Of a DNA stretch of 64,000 nt, positions 33,052 to 50,721 are shown piece after piece. Position numbers and translations under genes: made by a program. The notes under the pieces are model-generated. The model worked only from the letters and a program-made list of their open reading frames with translations, did no database searches and had not been told where the DNA came from. How positions within the stretch are numbered: the stretch's first letter is position 1; each line of letters starts with the position of its first letter. Location of the stretch: contig JAWQFM010000016.1 in assembly GCA_033442325.1 (NCBI GenBank), positions 192,097-256,096 on the forward strand, given 5' to 3'. The DNA is from Salpingoeca rosetta. Taxonomy: Eukaryota > Protista > Choanoflagellata.

Positions 33052-34535
33052 TGTGCGTGTGTGTATCTGTCTGTCTGTCTGTCTGTCTGTCTGTCCGTGT
33101 CTGTGTGTGTCTGTGTCTGTGTCTGTGTCTGTGTCTGTGTCTGTTTACCTCTGTGTCTCTCCGTGTCTCTGCCTGTCCGCCTTTGCCTGTCAATGTGACT
33201 ATCTCTGGTTATGTCTAAACCGTTGTTCCCTGTTTCGTTCTTCATCCATCTCATTTTATCCCCCCCCCCCAATTCTTTCTACACCACCACCACCACCACC
33301 ATCAGATGCCTGGTGCAGACGGGTCGACGAGTGACGGGTACATGGGTCTGGACGCGTTCCAGAACACATCGCCAACAAAGCGGCCGTCGGTGCCGCGGAC
33401 GGCGTGGCAGAAGAAGAGCACCCATCTCGACGGCATTCAGGAGGAGGGATCCTATGATGACCTCGGCAGTGATGAGGAGGAGAAGCTTGAAGGGTACTTG
33501 GAGGTTGGCACGGCTGACGCCTCAGCATCGAAGGGAGCGAGCACAGGAGCAACAACAGCAGCAGCAGCGACAACAACACCAGCAGGTGGCAAGGTGGCCA
33601 CGGCGGCTGGAGGGAAGAAGGCAGCAGCACCCAACGCTGCAAAGGGCGGGAAGAAGCCGGGCAAGAAGCCCAGTGGAAAGAAACCCAAGCAACAGCAGAA
33701 GCCGGCCATGAAGCAGCAGCAGCAGCAGCAGCAGCATGATTCGTACATGGATCTTGAGGACGATCAGGGACAGCAGAGCTACATGGACGTGGCGACGGCC
33801 GGGACAAGACCAGTCGCGAAACCAACCACGTACTCGAGCGTTGGGGCACAGCCACCGCAAGACAACTACCTTGATGTGGACAACGACCAGCAGCCACAGG
33901 ACAGCTACATGAGCGTGCAACAGCAACAACAACAGCAACAAGACAACTACCTTGATGTGGACAACGACCAGCAGCCACAAGACAGCTACATGAGCGTGCA
34001 ACAGCAACAGCAGCAGCAACAAGACAACTACCTTGATGTGGACAACGACCAGCAGCAACAAGACAACTACCTTGATGTCGACAACGACCAGCAGCCACAG
34101 GACAGCTACATGAGCGTGCAACAGCAACAACAACAGCAGCAACAAGACAACTACCTTAATGTGGACAACGACCAGCAGCCACAGGACGACTACTTCCAAG
34201 TGGACAAGAGTACTGGGCGGTACATGAGCGTTGATCGGAGCCAGCAGCAGCAGCAGCAGCAAGACAGCTACTTGAACGTCACACGCAATGATGCAGCAAA
34301 CGAAGGGTACATGGGCTTTGATGAGGGTGACGATGATTCATCGTCTGACGAGGAGGACTTTTCCATCATCCCCAAGCAGCAGCAACAACAACAACAACAG
34401 CAACAGGAAGGGGCTGATGGCTCATACATGCATGTGAGCTCGCCACAGCAAGAAGGTGGCAACGACAGCTACTTTGATGTTGAGGGCGCGGCAAAAAACC
34501 CGTCCTACTTGCATGTGGCTGGCAACAAGTCGTGA
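28849..34535 (+). CDS. Type I membrane protein: signal peptide, ~9 EGF-like repeats, one furin-like Cys repeat, Thr-rich stalk, TM helix, tyrosine-motif-rich cytoplasmic tail with no catalytic domain
   Basis: Exons reassembled through GT-AG sites give EGF patterns (e.g. [44 protein letters not shown]). TM exon 32617-32714 reads [21 protein letters not shown] followed by basic [12 protein letters not shown]. The tail is mostly exon 33306-34535. Confidence 0.85.
33861..34200 (+). repeat. Coding tandem repeat (units of 81, 81, 39 and 84 bp plus a partial unit) encoding [21 protein letters not shown]
   Basis: GACAACTACCTT(G/A)ATGT units start at 33861, 33942, 34023, 34062 and 34146. Confidence 0.95.
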
Positions 34536-35033
34536 CACATGACTTTTCCTTTTGTCTGGTCTGTGTGTACGTCTGTCGCTTTGTCTTGTCTGTCTGTGTG
34601 TCTGCATGTCTATGTCGGTTTGTCTGCCAACTCCCTGCTGTTAAGGCGATATTCATTTGCATTCCTTTCCCTGCCTCTAACAAATCACTCTCACAAGTGT
34701 CGCTGGTCTCGCACTTAGCTCAATCATCTCATTTCATTTCACCTCTTCTTGTTCTTGGTTTTTCTCTCATCACGGCTTCCTGTCTTTCTTGGTTCGTGTC
34801 CGCCCTCTCTTGCGGCTTCCTTTTGTTCATGCTGCATCTGTTGCTTGTTGATTGATTCTCATTCGTGCTTCTATTGAACCAAAAGTTGTCTGACACACTG
34901 CAGCATGAACATGCTCGTCGCCGAGAACACGTGCGTACACACGCACACGCAAACACACGCGCACTCAAGCAATCAAATGCACACACACACACACACACAC
35001 ATGCACACACACATGCAAACCTCCAACATCATG

Positions 35034-37687
35034 TCAAAACGCTTGTGTGTCGAACAACACGGATGATCTCTCTTCATGTTCGTTCAGCAGCGACTGGCTC
35101 TCGCCGTTACCAACGCTGCCATTACTGCTGCTGTGCACCACATCATGCCTCACATCATGCCTCACACCATCGCCCCCGCCTGTCTGGTCATCGTTCTCTT
35201 CCCTCCCACCACGGTTTGGCTTGCTACTCTTCGCCCCTTCTCCACTCTGCTGCTTGCTATTTCCCCCTTCTTCTCCGCCCTCCTGCTGTTTCTCCTGCTG
35301 CTGCTGTTTCCTCTGCCTGTGTGCTGTGCGTCGTCGTCGTACTCTGCGCACCCTGCGCGTGGATGGCTGCACGAAGCTCTCACCGCCAGCACCAATCGTC
35401 GACTTGTCGCTCGTTGCTGCTGCTGCTGCTGCTGCTGATGTCATTGGTACCGCTGATGTCAATGCTTGTGGTGCACCTGTGGTGTGGCTGTTGCTTGGTG
35501 TGACATGGCTCGCGTCGGCGTGACGCCTGTTCCCGCCACCATCATCGCCATGATGACCATCACCGTCATCGGCATCATCCAGGGAAGTGTCCATTCCACT
35601 GGTTGCCATCGTTGACGCTGCAGCCGGCGCCGCTGTGGTAAGTGCTGTGGTTGTTGCTGCTTCAAATCTCGCTGATGATGACGCTTCTGTGTTCCTTTGC
35701 GCTGTCATTGACTCGACGCTTTCCGACGCTGCCGCTGTTTCACTTGTACGCGTGGCTGCGACCACTGCCGTCGTTGGTGTTGGCTCCATCGCTGCTGTGT
35801 CCTCTGCTGCGCTGCGGTGTGTGCGGCGCCGGCCTGTTGTGCTTGCGTTCGCCTTCCGCGTCTTGGAGAGCATCGACGCGAAGCGACGGAAGCGCGCAGA
35901 CGATCGAAACTGCGCAGGAATCACGGGCGCGGTCGTGCTCAGCCACGCATTGTCGCTCATGTCATCAATACCACCATCAGCATCATGTTCAACGGGATCG
36001 GCGTCGCTGTCACTGCCACCACCACCACCACCACCACCACCACCACCACCACCACCACCAACACCAACACGCGTGCGTCCATCCACATCAACGGCCGCAT
36101 ACCGCCTCTGCTGCTGCTCCTCTTCTTGCTCTTCGTCTGGGTCGGGAAAGTAGCGGAGGGTGGTGTTGGTCGGCAGCACGTGCTTGAGGGGCACGAGACA
36201 TGATTGCAGTACGCGCCCCGTTCGTTCGCACACGCATCCGTCGGCACAGTTCTTCACCATCAACATCAGCCCGCCTTCTGGTCGGCTCCCAAAGTACACG
36301 GACTTGCAGCTGCGACATGCAATCGAGTTGAAGTGCAACGTCGCGACGCGCTGTCGCTGTTGCTGTTGCTGTTCATCGTGGTGTTGCCCATTGGCGGTGT
36401 TGTGGCTGCTGCTCTCGGTTTGTGCTGACTTTCTCCTGCTCCTCTTTCGCTTTCTGCCACCCTCATCAGCACCATCGACACCATCGCCTGCACCGTGATC
36501 ACTGTCCGTGTTGTGGTCGCTGTCGTTGTCGACACCTCGCTGTGATTGCGACTCGAATGCGTCTGGCAGCAGGAACGGGCACCCCGCCTGCGTGAACGTG
36601 TGCGTGAGCAATTTCGCTCGCTTCGCAGCATTCGACGCTGCTGACAATGACGATGATGATGATGATGATGATGACTCCCCAGCACTCCGAACCATTGACA
36701 GCCGACGCACCGCAGCTACAGCAGCTGCATTCGATGGCGACGATAACGACGACGATGATGATGATGACGATGATGGTTTGCTGTGTGCGGTGGCGCTTGG
36801 TGGTCGTCGTCGAGACCACACGCCTGCGGCCTGTCGCCTCTGCCTCATCCACGCAGGCTGCCTTTCCTTTGCACCAGCACCCTCCGAGCCCTGCTCTTGC
36901 TGTTGTTGCTGTTGCTGTCGTTGTTTTTGTTGTTTTTGGTGTTGCTGTTCGGGCGTGAGTGGCACGAGGCTGTTCAGTTGCTCGTGAATCGTGTGCGCCG
37001 GCATCTGTGCCTGAGATTGTACGCCCCTGCCACCATCACCATCGCCATTAGGACCACCAGTAGCACCACCATTAGCATCGCCATCACCATCGCCATCAGC
37101 ACCGCCATCATCAATAGGATCGTCATCATGCCCTGCGCGCTTGCTGGGTGTCTTCTTGACTGCAAATGAGGACGTGATGCGCTCTCGCACAGCCGTTGCC
37201 CCTTTGGTTTTGGTGGCCTTCGTGCCACGTGCATGCTTGCCATCCCCAGCATCTTCGTCATCACGGGCGCCCCGTCCACCGCCTTCGCCATGGCTGTGAG
37301 TGTCGTCATCGTCAATGATAACGACATCCGATGCCTGCGTGCTGGCGCGCATGTCCTTTGCTGTCAAATTGCTGCCGGCCTCTTCATCGGCACTCGATGC
37401 GCCCATGTCTGTCAACTGCCCGTCACTGCCATCATCACCACCAGCATCATGACCATCATCATAACCGTCATACATGGATGTGGCGTGAACACGACCCTGG
37501 CCCTTCCTTCGTGTCTTCTTCCTCGTCTTCTCTGTCTCCTTTGTACTTTCCTTTGCGTCCTCCTCCTTCTCCTTCTTCTTCTTCTTCTTCTTCTTCTTCT
37601 CCTTCTTCTTCTTCTCCTTCTTCTCAACTTTCTTTACCTTCTTCCGAGTCGCCTTTTTCTTGCTCTTTCCCTCGCTCCGCACACTCG

Positions 37688-37757
<70 letters not shown>

Positions 37758-38671
37758 GTCGTCGTCGTCGTCTGTGCCCATGCTGCCATCAAACACAACA
37801 CCGGTCGCCTTGGTGTGGTAACGGAACTTGCTCGACACATCACCTGTGTTCCTCCCGCCACCAGCGTCACCATCACCATCACCACCCTGACCCACCCCCT
37901 TACCACCACCACTGTTCTTGGTGCGGCGGCGTTGCAGTGCAGCAGCTGTGCGCGCTGCGAGCGACTTCACCACACCCGTGCGCGACATAAACGCCTCCAC
38001 GCTTGTTGGCACCTGCACCTGATACAGGCTCGGTGGGTTGTTGTCTGGAAGCAGGTCGCGAAAGTGGGGGAGGGGGTCGACGCTGGCTGCACGGACAATG
38101 GGTACAATCGTTTTTGGACCAATTGTCCGCACAAACAGCTGCAGCTCGTCAAAGTTGCTGTGCAGGGAGTAGGGCACGCGATGGAGACGGGTGGTGGCCT
38201 TGACGCTGTGGTGCTGCGACGGGTCAACGGTGCTGAAGGCAGACGGGTTGTATGCAGTTAACACAACACCAAGCGCAGGCTGGATGTCATATCCCTCGAC
38301 ATATGCCTTGGTGAGCTGGTGCCGCGGCACGACGTGGAAGCGGGAGTCTTCGGGCTGCGTGGTGAACGCGCTGCATGGGATGCCAGCCACCCTGTACGTT
38401 GCAAGTTGCGGTTCGCTGACGTGGATGGCGGCGCTGTACTTGGAGGCAACGTCCAGCAGCACGTCCTCCTTGCCAAGCGTGTCGACACCGAGAAGGATAT
38501 CGTAGTCGGGGTGGTCGTCAATCAGCCGAAACAGCTGCATCTTGGCCATTTCTTGCGACGGGTGGCGGCAGCGAGGGTTGCAGTACGTGTTGTCCAGGTA
38601 CAAGTGGTCCACAGACACGCCCTCCAGCACACTGGTCTGCTGTGGGGTATACCTGCGCACGGGGGGACGAA

Positions 38672-38758
<87 letters not shown>

Positions 38759-39711
38759 TGAGTGTGTGCGTGAGTGTGTGTGAAGAGAGTTGTGCTGTAC
38801 CTTATCCAGCTGCAAGCTGTTTGTTGTACTGCTCTCTCGCCCTCTTTCGCACACACACACGCACGCACACACACACACACACACACACACGCACGCAAGC
38901 ACACACACACCTGAAGTCGCCCGTACAGAGGACCGTGCCAAAGTAGCCTTGGAAAAGGAACATGACTGCACCAGGGCAGTGGTTCGCGTCAATCAACGTC
39001 ACGTACATGGTGTGCTTGCCGCTGTCATCAAGCGGAATCAGGTGCTTTTCCCCGACCTCCAGAGCCGTCTGCGTGTGGGAGCATTTGGAGTGCATCAGAA
39101 GTAGGTGAGACTGCGTCGTACACGATGGGTGTAAACGGGCTGTTTGATATCGCACACCCTCCGCAGTTGGTACAGGCACTCATACACTGCCGACAGACAA
39201 CACCAGCAGTCCAAACAACGCAGTCCCAAGCGCAGTCCCAAGCGCAAGTGCGGACACAACTGCGTGCGTGTGCTCAAAACCAACGATAAGGTCAGCATCG
39301 ATGTTGTACTTGTGGATGATCAGAGCCTTTGAGATTTCCGAGCAGAAGATGCGCCCTGCCCTCCACGATGAGATCAGCCCATTGCAGTGGTCTAGTGTTT
39401 CCCAATGCGTTGTTGCAGGTGGTGAGCAAAAGCAGGACGCGCGACGTGAGTTAGTTTGGTGGTTGTAAGCCACACAACACAAACGAACCTTTGTCCGCAA
39501 AGCACCCACAACCAACAGTGGCCAGTGCACGCATGTGTCAAAGGCAGCCAACCGCAAGGACAGCAAACACAGGCAGGTGCACGCTCAAAACATCATTCAG
39601 TGTCTCACCTGCGTGCGCATGTGTGAGGAAATACAGCCTGACCCCTGGCGCTTGTCGCCATGTGTCCACTGCGATTGGCGTGTTTGCCAACACAATCCCA
39701 CCCCGGTCCAT
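35034..39711 (-). CDS. DCLRE1B: SNM1B/Apollo beta-CASP metallo-beta-lactamase 5' exonuclease with long low-complexity C-terminus
   Basis: [24 protein letters not shown] (HxHxDH across an intron); [13 protein letters not shown]; [33 protein letters not shown]; [10 protein letters not shown]; [12 protein letters not shown]. Confidence 0.9.
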
Positions 39712-39748
39712 GCGTGCTCGTGTGTGTGCTGGTGTTGTGGCGGCCGAA

Positions 39749-39808
39749 TTCGCGCGGTTACTGAAGATTGGTAAAAGATTTGCTACATATTTCGACCCGT
39801 TTTGGCGC
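39749..39808. promoter_or_regulatory. Bidirectional promoter between Apollo and DPH7 with E2F-like sites
   Basis: Start codons are only 124 bp apart. TTTGGCGC lies at 39801-39808 and TTCGCGC at 39749-39755. Confidence 0.4.
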
Positions 39809-39835
39809 ACAAGGCGAAGAAGTGAGTGAAGAAGG

Positions 39836-40482
39836 ATGGAGGCAGTTGTGCCGCTCTGGAAGGCTTCGACAGAGTACACTGCAGATGCAGTGGAGGTGCG
39901 TCTACCTGTGTGTGTGTGTCTGTGTGTGTGTCTGTGTGTCTGTGTGTGTGTCTGTGTGTGTGTCTGTGTGTCTGTGTGTGTGTCTGTCTGTGTGTGTGTC
40001 TGTGTGTGTGTCTGTGTGTGTGTGTCTGTCTGTGTGTGTCTGTGTGCGTGTGTGTCTGTGTGTCTGTGTGTCTGTGTCTGTGTCTGTGTCTGTGTCTGTG
40101 TCTGTGTCTGTGCCTGTGTCTGTGTCTGTGTCTTGTGTATTGATGTCTTTGATCAACCCCCTTCCGTCTTCCCCCTTCCCCCTTGGCCCTCGCCCCACCA
40201 TTGCTCTGCTTCCCCACCCCCTCTTCCATCTCTGTCCTTAACCCCGCTGCCCCCTTCTCAGTGCTGCCCCGTGCCAGGGTACGAAGACGTGTGTGCGGTT
40301 GGATTGTACCAGCTGAAGGATGACCCAAAGGCTGCGGACAACCCAGATGCGCCGAAACTCCGCTGTGGGCGCCTTCACTTGTATCACCTCGCCAACGCCA
40401 ACACAACGTACGTGCTTTTCTGATGCCCTCATTCACAAACGGCTTGATTCTGTTGCTTCTAGTTTTTACGATAGCCCAATTT

Positions 40483-40556
<74 letters not shown>

Positions 40557-40664
40557 NNNNNNNNNNNNNNNNNNNNNNNNNNNNNNNNNNNNNNNNNNNN
40601 NNNNNNNNNNNNNNNNNNNNNNNNNNNNNNNNNNNNNNNNNNNNNNNNNNNNNNNNTACTACTA

Positions 40665-40740
<76 letters not shown>

Positions 40741-41121
40741 CCCCGCTTGGGTATGCACTCCACCACTCTTGCTTTCCCGTGAGCAGGCTGGAGCGGTTGC
40801 AGTCGTTTGATTGCGAGGCCATCTTGGACATCAAGTGGTCACAGGTGACGACACCCGAACACCCAGAGCCGCTGCTGGCAGCTGCCACTGCGCCCGGGAA
40901 TGTTGTGCTGTACCGCCTGCGCTGCAACCCCACCGATGGCGATGGTGACGGAGATAGCGCAGGGTATGCGCTGGAGGAGATGACGAGCACCGTCGTCGCT
41001 GATGGGCAGCTTGCGCTGTCGCTGGAGTGGTCGGATCGACGCCAACAGCCGGGATGCGGCGCATCTGAGAGGTGCGATGCCTTGATTAAGGCCAGCTTTG
41101 TTTGCCACAACTTGTGTGTCG

Positions 41122-41185
<64 letters not shown>

Positions 41186-42432
41186 CACTTCGATCACCCA
41201 ACTCAAATGCATCTGTGCACGTGACATGCCTGCTATCTTGCCAGGCGCGTGGTGGTGAGCGACCAGAACGGCGACATTTCCGAACTCCAGCTCCTACCGT
41301 CGGGCGAGTGAGTGCACGCATGCTATTGTTGTGTCTGTGTGTGTGCGTGTGTCTGTGTGTGTGCGTGATGTTGACGCGCGATGGTGTTTTGTGGTTGCAC
41401 GTGTGTATGTACCTCTCCTCTGCTGTTGCACGCTCACGTTTCCCTTCATAACCCCAACACCACGATGCCCGCCCCTCTCGTTTTCCTGCTGTGCAGACTT
41501 GTGCGCAAGAGCAAATGGCACGCACACGAGTTTCCTGCGTGGATCACAGCTTACAACTGCTGGGACACCAACATCGTCTTCTCAGGTCTCGTGATTGTGT
41601 GTGATTGTGTGTGGGGGGGATTGGTGTGTGAGCGGTGTGACTGTCGGCCTTCTGGCTGCCGCAACCTCTCATTGTATCCACCCATTGCTGTCCCTGCTCG
41701 CTCGTACACAGGCGGTGATGACTGCAAGTTTCGCGTCTGGGACACACGCACAGATTGCTCCTTCTCCGTCGCAGCAACAAAGAGGTGACGGAAGTTATGG
41801 GGCTGTGATGTTGTGTGATGGGATGTTGCTAAAATCCAACACTCCCTCCCTCCCTCCCTCACACACTCACCCACGTTGTCGCCCTCGTGTTGGTTTGCTT
41901 GCAGGCACGAAATGGGCGTGTGCAGCGTGCAGTGCTCGCATCTGCGTGAACATCTCCTGGCCACGGGCAGCTATGACGAGCACGTGCGTTTGTGGGATAC
42001 GCGGTCCTTCAAGACGCCACTGGCAGAGGTGCGTCGTTTCGCACAACACAACCAACCCCTTTCCATCTCTCTCCGTGTTCTTATTTGTCTTGTCTGCTTG
42101 ATGCTGTCACGCATACCACCCCCATTTTCCCTCCCGTCGTCCGTCACGCCTCTGGGGGCCCTTCCCTTCAGGTGCACACTGGCGGCGGGCTGTGGCGGCT
42201 CAAGTGGCACCCGTCCAACCCACGCCTCCTCCTCTGCGCAGGTGAGCACATCATCGTGGTCGTGGTGGCGCAGGGTATGCGCTGGAGGAGATGACGAGCA
42301 CCGTCGTCGCTGATGGGCAGCTTGCGCTGTCGCTGGAGTGGTCGGATCGACGCCAACAGCCGGGATGCGGCGCATCTGAGAGGTGCGATGCCTTGATTAA
42401 GGCCAGCTTTGTTTGCCACAACTTGTGTGTCG

Positions 42433-42496
<64 letters not shown>

Positions 42497-43737
42497 CACT
42501 TCGATCACCCAACTCAAATGCATCTGTGCACGTGACATGCCTGCTATCTTGCCAGGCGCGTGGTGGTGAGCGACCAGAACGGCGACATTTCCGAACTCCA
42601 GCTCCTACCGTCGGGCGAGTGAGTGCACGCATGCTATTGTTGTGTCTGTGTGTGTGCGTGTGTCTGTGTGTGTGCGTGATGTTGACGCGCGATGGTGTTT
42701 TGTGGTTGCACGTGTGTATGTACCTCTCCTCTGCTGTTGCACGCTCACGTTTCCCTTCATAACCCCAACACCACGATGCCCGCCCCTCTCGTTTTCCTGC
42801 TGTGCAGACTTGTGCGCAAGAGCAAATGGCACGCACACGAGTTTCCTGCGTGGATCACAGCTTACAACTGCTGGGACACCAACATCGTCTTCTCAGGTCT
42901 CGTGATTGTGTGTGATTGTGTGTGGGGGGGATTGGTGTGTGAGCGGTGTGACTGTCGGCCTTCTGGCTGCCGCAACCTCTCATTGTATCCACCCATTGCT
43001 GTCCCTGCTCGCTCGTACACAGGCGGTGATGACTGCAAGTTTCGCGTCTGGGACACACGCACAGATTGCTCCTTCTCCGTCGCAGCAACAAAGAGGTGAC
43101 GGAAGTTATGGGGCTGTGATGTTGTGTGATGGGATGTTGCTAAAATCCAACACTCCCTCCCTCCCTCCCTCACACACTCACCCACGTTGTCGCCCTCGTG
43201 TTGGTTTGCTTGCAGGCACGAAATGGGCGTGTGCAGCGTGCAGTGCTCGCATCTGCGTGAACATCTCCTGGCCACGGGCAGCTATGACGAGCACGTGCGT
43301 TTGTGGGATACGCGGTCCTTCAAGACGCCACTGGCAGAGGTGCGTCGTTTCGCACAACACAACCAACCCCTTTCCATCTCTCTCCGTGTTCTTATTTGTC
43401 TTGTCTGCTTGATGCTGTCACGCATACCACCCCCATTTTCCCTCCCGTCGTCCGTCACGCCTCTGGGGGCCCTTCCCTTCAGGTGCACACTGGCGGCGGG
43501 CTGTGGCGGCTCAAGTGGCACCCGTCCAACCCACGCCTCCTCCTCTGCGCAGGTGAGCACATCATCGTGGTCGTGGTGGCGGTGGTCGTGGCGGTGGTCG
43601 TCGTGGCGGTGGTCGTCGTGGTAGTTGACGTAACAATGGTCACAATCTCAAAGCAGTTGGAAGTGTGCTGTGGTTGCTGCTCCATTGTTCACACACAAAT
43701 GCACAATGTTCACACCCGCACGCGTGCGCGGCCACTG

Positions 43738-43800
<63 letters not shown>

Positions 43801-44101
43801 AGGGATGCATGCTGGGTTCCAGGTGCTGGCGGTGGACGACGAAGACGCGGGGCAGGCGGACATTGTGTGCAATTACGACACCAATGGCGAGCTTGCGTAC
43901 GGTGCATCGTGGTTTGGTTGCCCGTCCATCGCGACGAAGCATGACCACGACAACGACGCCGCCAGTCACGACGATGATGGCAGTAATGGTGGTGGTGATG
44001 GTGATGATGCATTGGTGGATCTCGTTGGCACGTGTACATTCTACAACGCTGAGCTACAGCTGTGGAAAGCAGATGTGACTGCTAGTAAACACTCAGATTA
44101 G
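39836..44101 (+). CDS. DPH7: Diphthamide biosynthesis WD40 protein (methylated diphthine methylhydrolase, WDR85)
   Basis: TEYTADAVE; AVGLYQL; GRLHLY; AILDIKW; LALSLEW; WHAHEFPAW; [14 protein letters not shown]; [16 protein letters not shown]; [11 protein letters not shown]; MHAGF; LAYGASW; TCTFYN. Confidence 0.88.
40557..40656. other. Assembly gap (100 N) inside a CA microsatellite
   Basis: Run of n characters. Confidence 1.
40957..43581 (+). repeat. Apparently exact tandem duplication, unit 1311 bp (40957-42267 and 42268-43578), inside DPH7
   Basis: Identical ORF translations recur with a constant 1311 offset (e.g. 41215/42526, 41595/42906). There is a 3-bp GCG microhomology at the junction. 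Confidence 0.97.
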
Positions 44102-44204
44102 GTCAAACACTTTCGTGCATGCAAGGAGAGAAGGCCAATCAAGGGGAAGGACTGGGTTCGCGGGTTGGAGAACCGAAGTTCAACTACACCGCACACATAC
44201 ACAT

Positions 44205-44237
<33 letters not shown>

Positions 44238-44249
44238 CACACAACGCAC

Positions 44250-44282
<33 letters not shown>

Positions 44283-44310
44283 CGACAGCGACAACGACGA
44301 TGCACCGTTC

Positions 44311-46714
<2,404 letters not shown>

Positions 46715-47050
46715 GTTGATGGATGGTGCAGTGGAAGGACTCGTCATGCGCTTGTCTCTGTCGTGTGTTTACTGGTTCCACGTGTTTCATCTTCTCTGTT
46801 CTCTTTCTCTTTCTCTCTCTTCTTCGAACGAACGTGCAAGCAAGCGAGAAGCAGGCAGGTGCAAGCAAAAAGGTTGATGGCGAGGGAGCAAGGGTTGGCG
46901 CAGGGTGATAGCAGCCGATGATGTTGTTGCTTGTTGTTGCTTGTTGTCCGTGTAATGGCACATACACGTGACGATGCTGTCTTTTCGACATGAGATCATC
47001 ACCATCACCATCACCGTCACTAACACCGCTGTAATGATCATGGGTGGGCA

Positions 47051-49121
<2,071 letters not shown>

Positions 49122-49904
49122 GTGTGTTGTTGTGTGCTTTTCCAACAAGCGTTCGCTCTGCCACGATGCCAAGGAGTCACATGCAAACAACAACACACAA
49201 CAAAGCAAGCCAGTGAGTGAGTGAGCAATGTGTGTGAGTCTATGTGTCTCTGTCTGTCCTGTCGGTCTGTCTGTCACACACACACACTCTCTCACTCTCA
49301 CACACACTCACACACACACTCGCTCTCTCACTGCCTCAACTGGCTTGAACGCCTTCTCGTCGCTGTACACACACCACACACCACACACCACACACCACAC
49401 ACCACACACCACACACCACACACCACACACCAACGCAAATCCAATCCAACTCATCGCACTGATGTTGAGTTCTGCGAGTGAGTCAGTCACCATGTCACAG
49501 TCACATCACACACAACACATTCACGCAAGCAAGCAAAGCAACCGCACCACACCGGCACGACTCACCCTTTCTTCTTTCTTCTCTTCTTCTTCGTCTTCCT
49601 CCACTGCCGTTCTCTGGTCCACTGACGAGAAATGTGTATGAAAATATACGAGAAAAATCTCATTCGCCATCGCCAACGACGAAAACCGACAACGACACAC
49701 ACACGACCACCCTCCCCCATCTTGATCTTGTTGATCCTGTCTGTAGTGTTCTTGTTCTGCGGCCTGTGCTCGCTGTTGTGTTCACGTGACGAGGAAGGAA
49801 CGACAAAGCCGACCGAAGAGAGAAGCACATTTGCTGTCAATTGAGAGCTGTAGAGCTGATACATACCACGCGCGCACGACCTTGTTGATCGAAACGCTTC
49901 AATC

Positions 49905-50342
49905 ATGGTACGCAAGAGACAAGGGAAAGGGTGTGGTGGTTTTGGTGTGGTGGTTGCATGGATGGATGCCCCTTATCAACCACATATACATGGTGATGTG
50001 CACGCATGCTCGTGTGACTGTGTGTTGCGTCTTTTGTTGTTGTTGTTGTTGTTGTTGATTGTGGGGAGATGGGAGAACCACGACCTTGTTTCTATCCATC
50101 TCACCCAGATGTATGTGTGTGTGTGTGTGCATTGTTCTTGTCCTGCATCAACAGGGTGCCCAACAGTCCATCCCAAACCTCGCCGCTCTTGAGAGCGAAA
50201 GCAACTGTGAGTTGCACAATGCCATCCACGTTGCATGGGATGGGCCTGTGCCTGTGCGTGCGTTTGTATTTGTGTGTTTGTGTGTGTGTCTGTGTTTGTG
50301 TCTGTCTGCGTTTGTGTGTTCTTGTGCATGCACATGTGTCTT

Positions 50343-50377
<35 letters not shown>

Positions 50378-50688
50378 TTTACCCTTGGCTCTGGGTGCCC
50401 TGTTTGACTGTCCACTCACGATCGCCAACGACTCACCACAACAGTCACCGAGGAAGAGATCAAGCGCCTTGGCCGCCGCTTCCGCAAGCTCGACACGTAT
50501 GTACCCCTACACCTCCCTCTCGCGCCACACTTGTTCGATCTTTCACGATGCACCGAATTACGTGGTCTCGTGCATTACCACTCACAACCAACCTTCCATC
50601 TTCTGTGCTTGCGTATCTTTAGCGATGGCTCCGGTACCCTCTCCGTGACAGAGTTCATGGCCATTCCCGAGCTTCAGCAGGTACTTTC

Positions 50689-50721
<33 letters not shown>

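Noticed and set aside
33861-34200. Regularly spaced repeats resembling a CRISPR array
   Set aside because: The spacers are not unique, the units are in-frame coding repeats, the context is eukaryotic and no cas genes are present.
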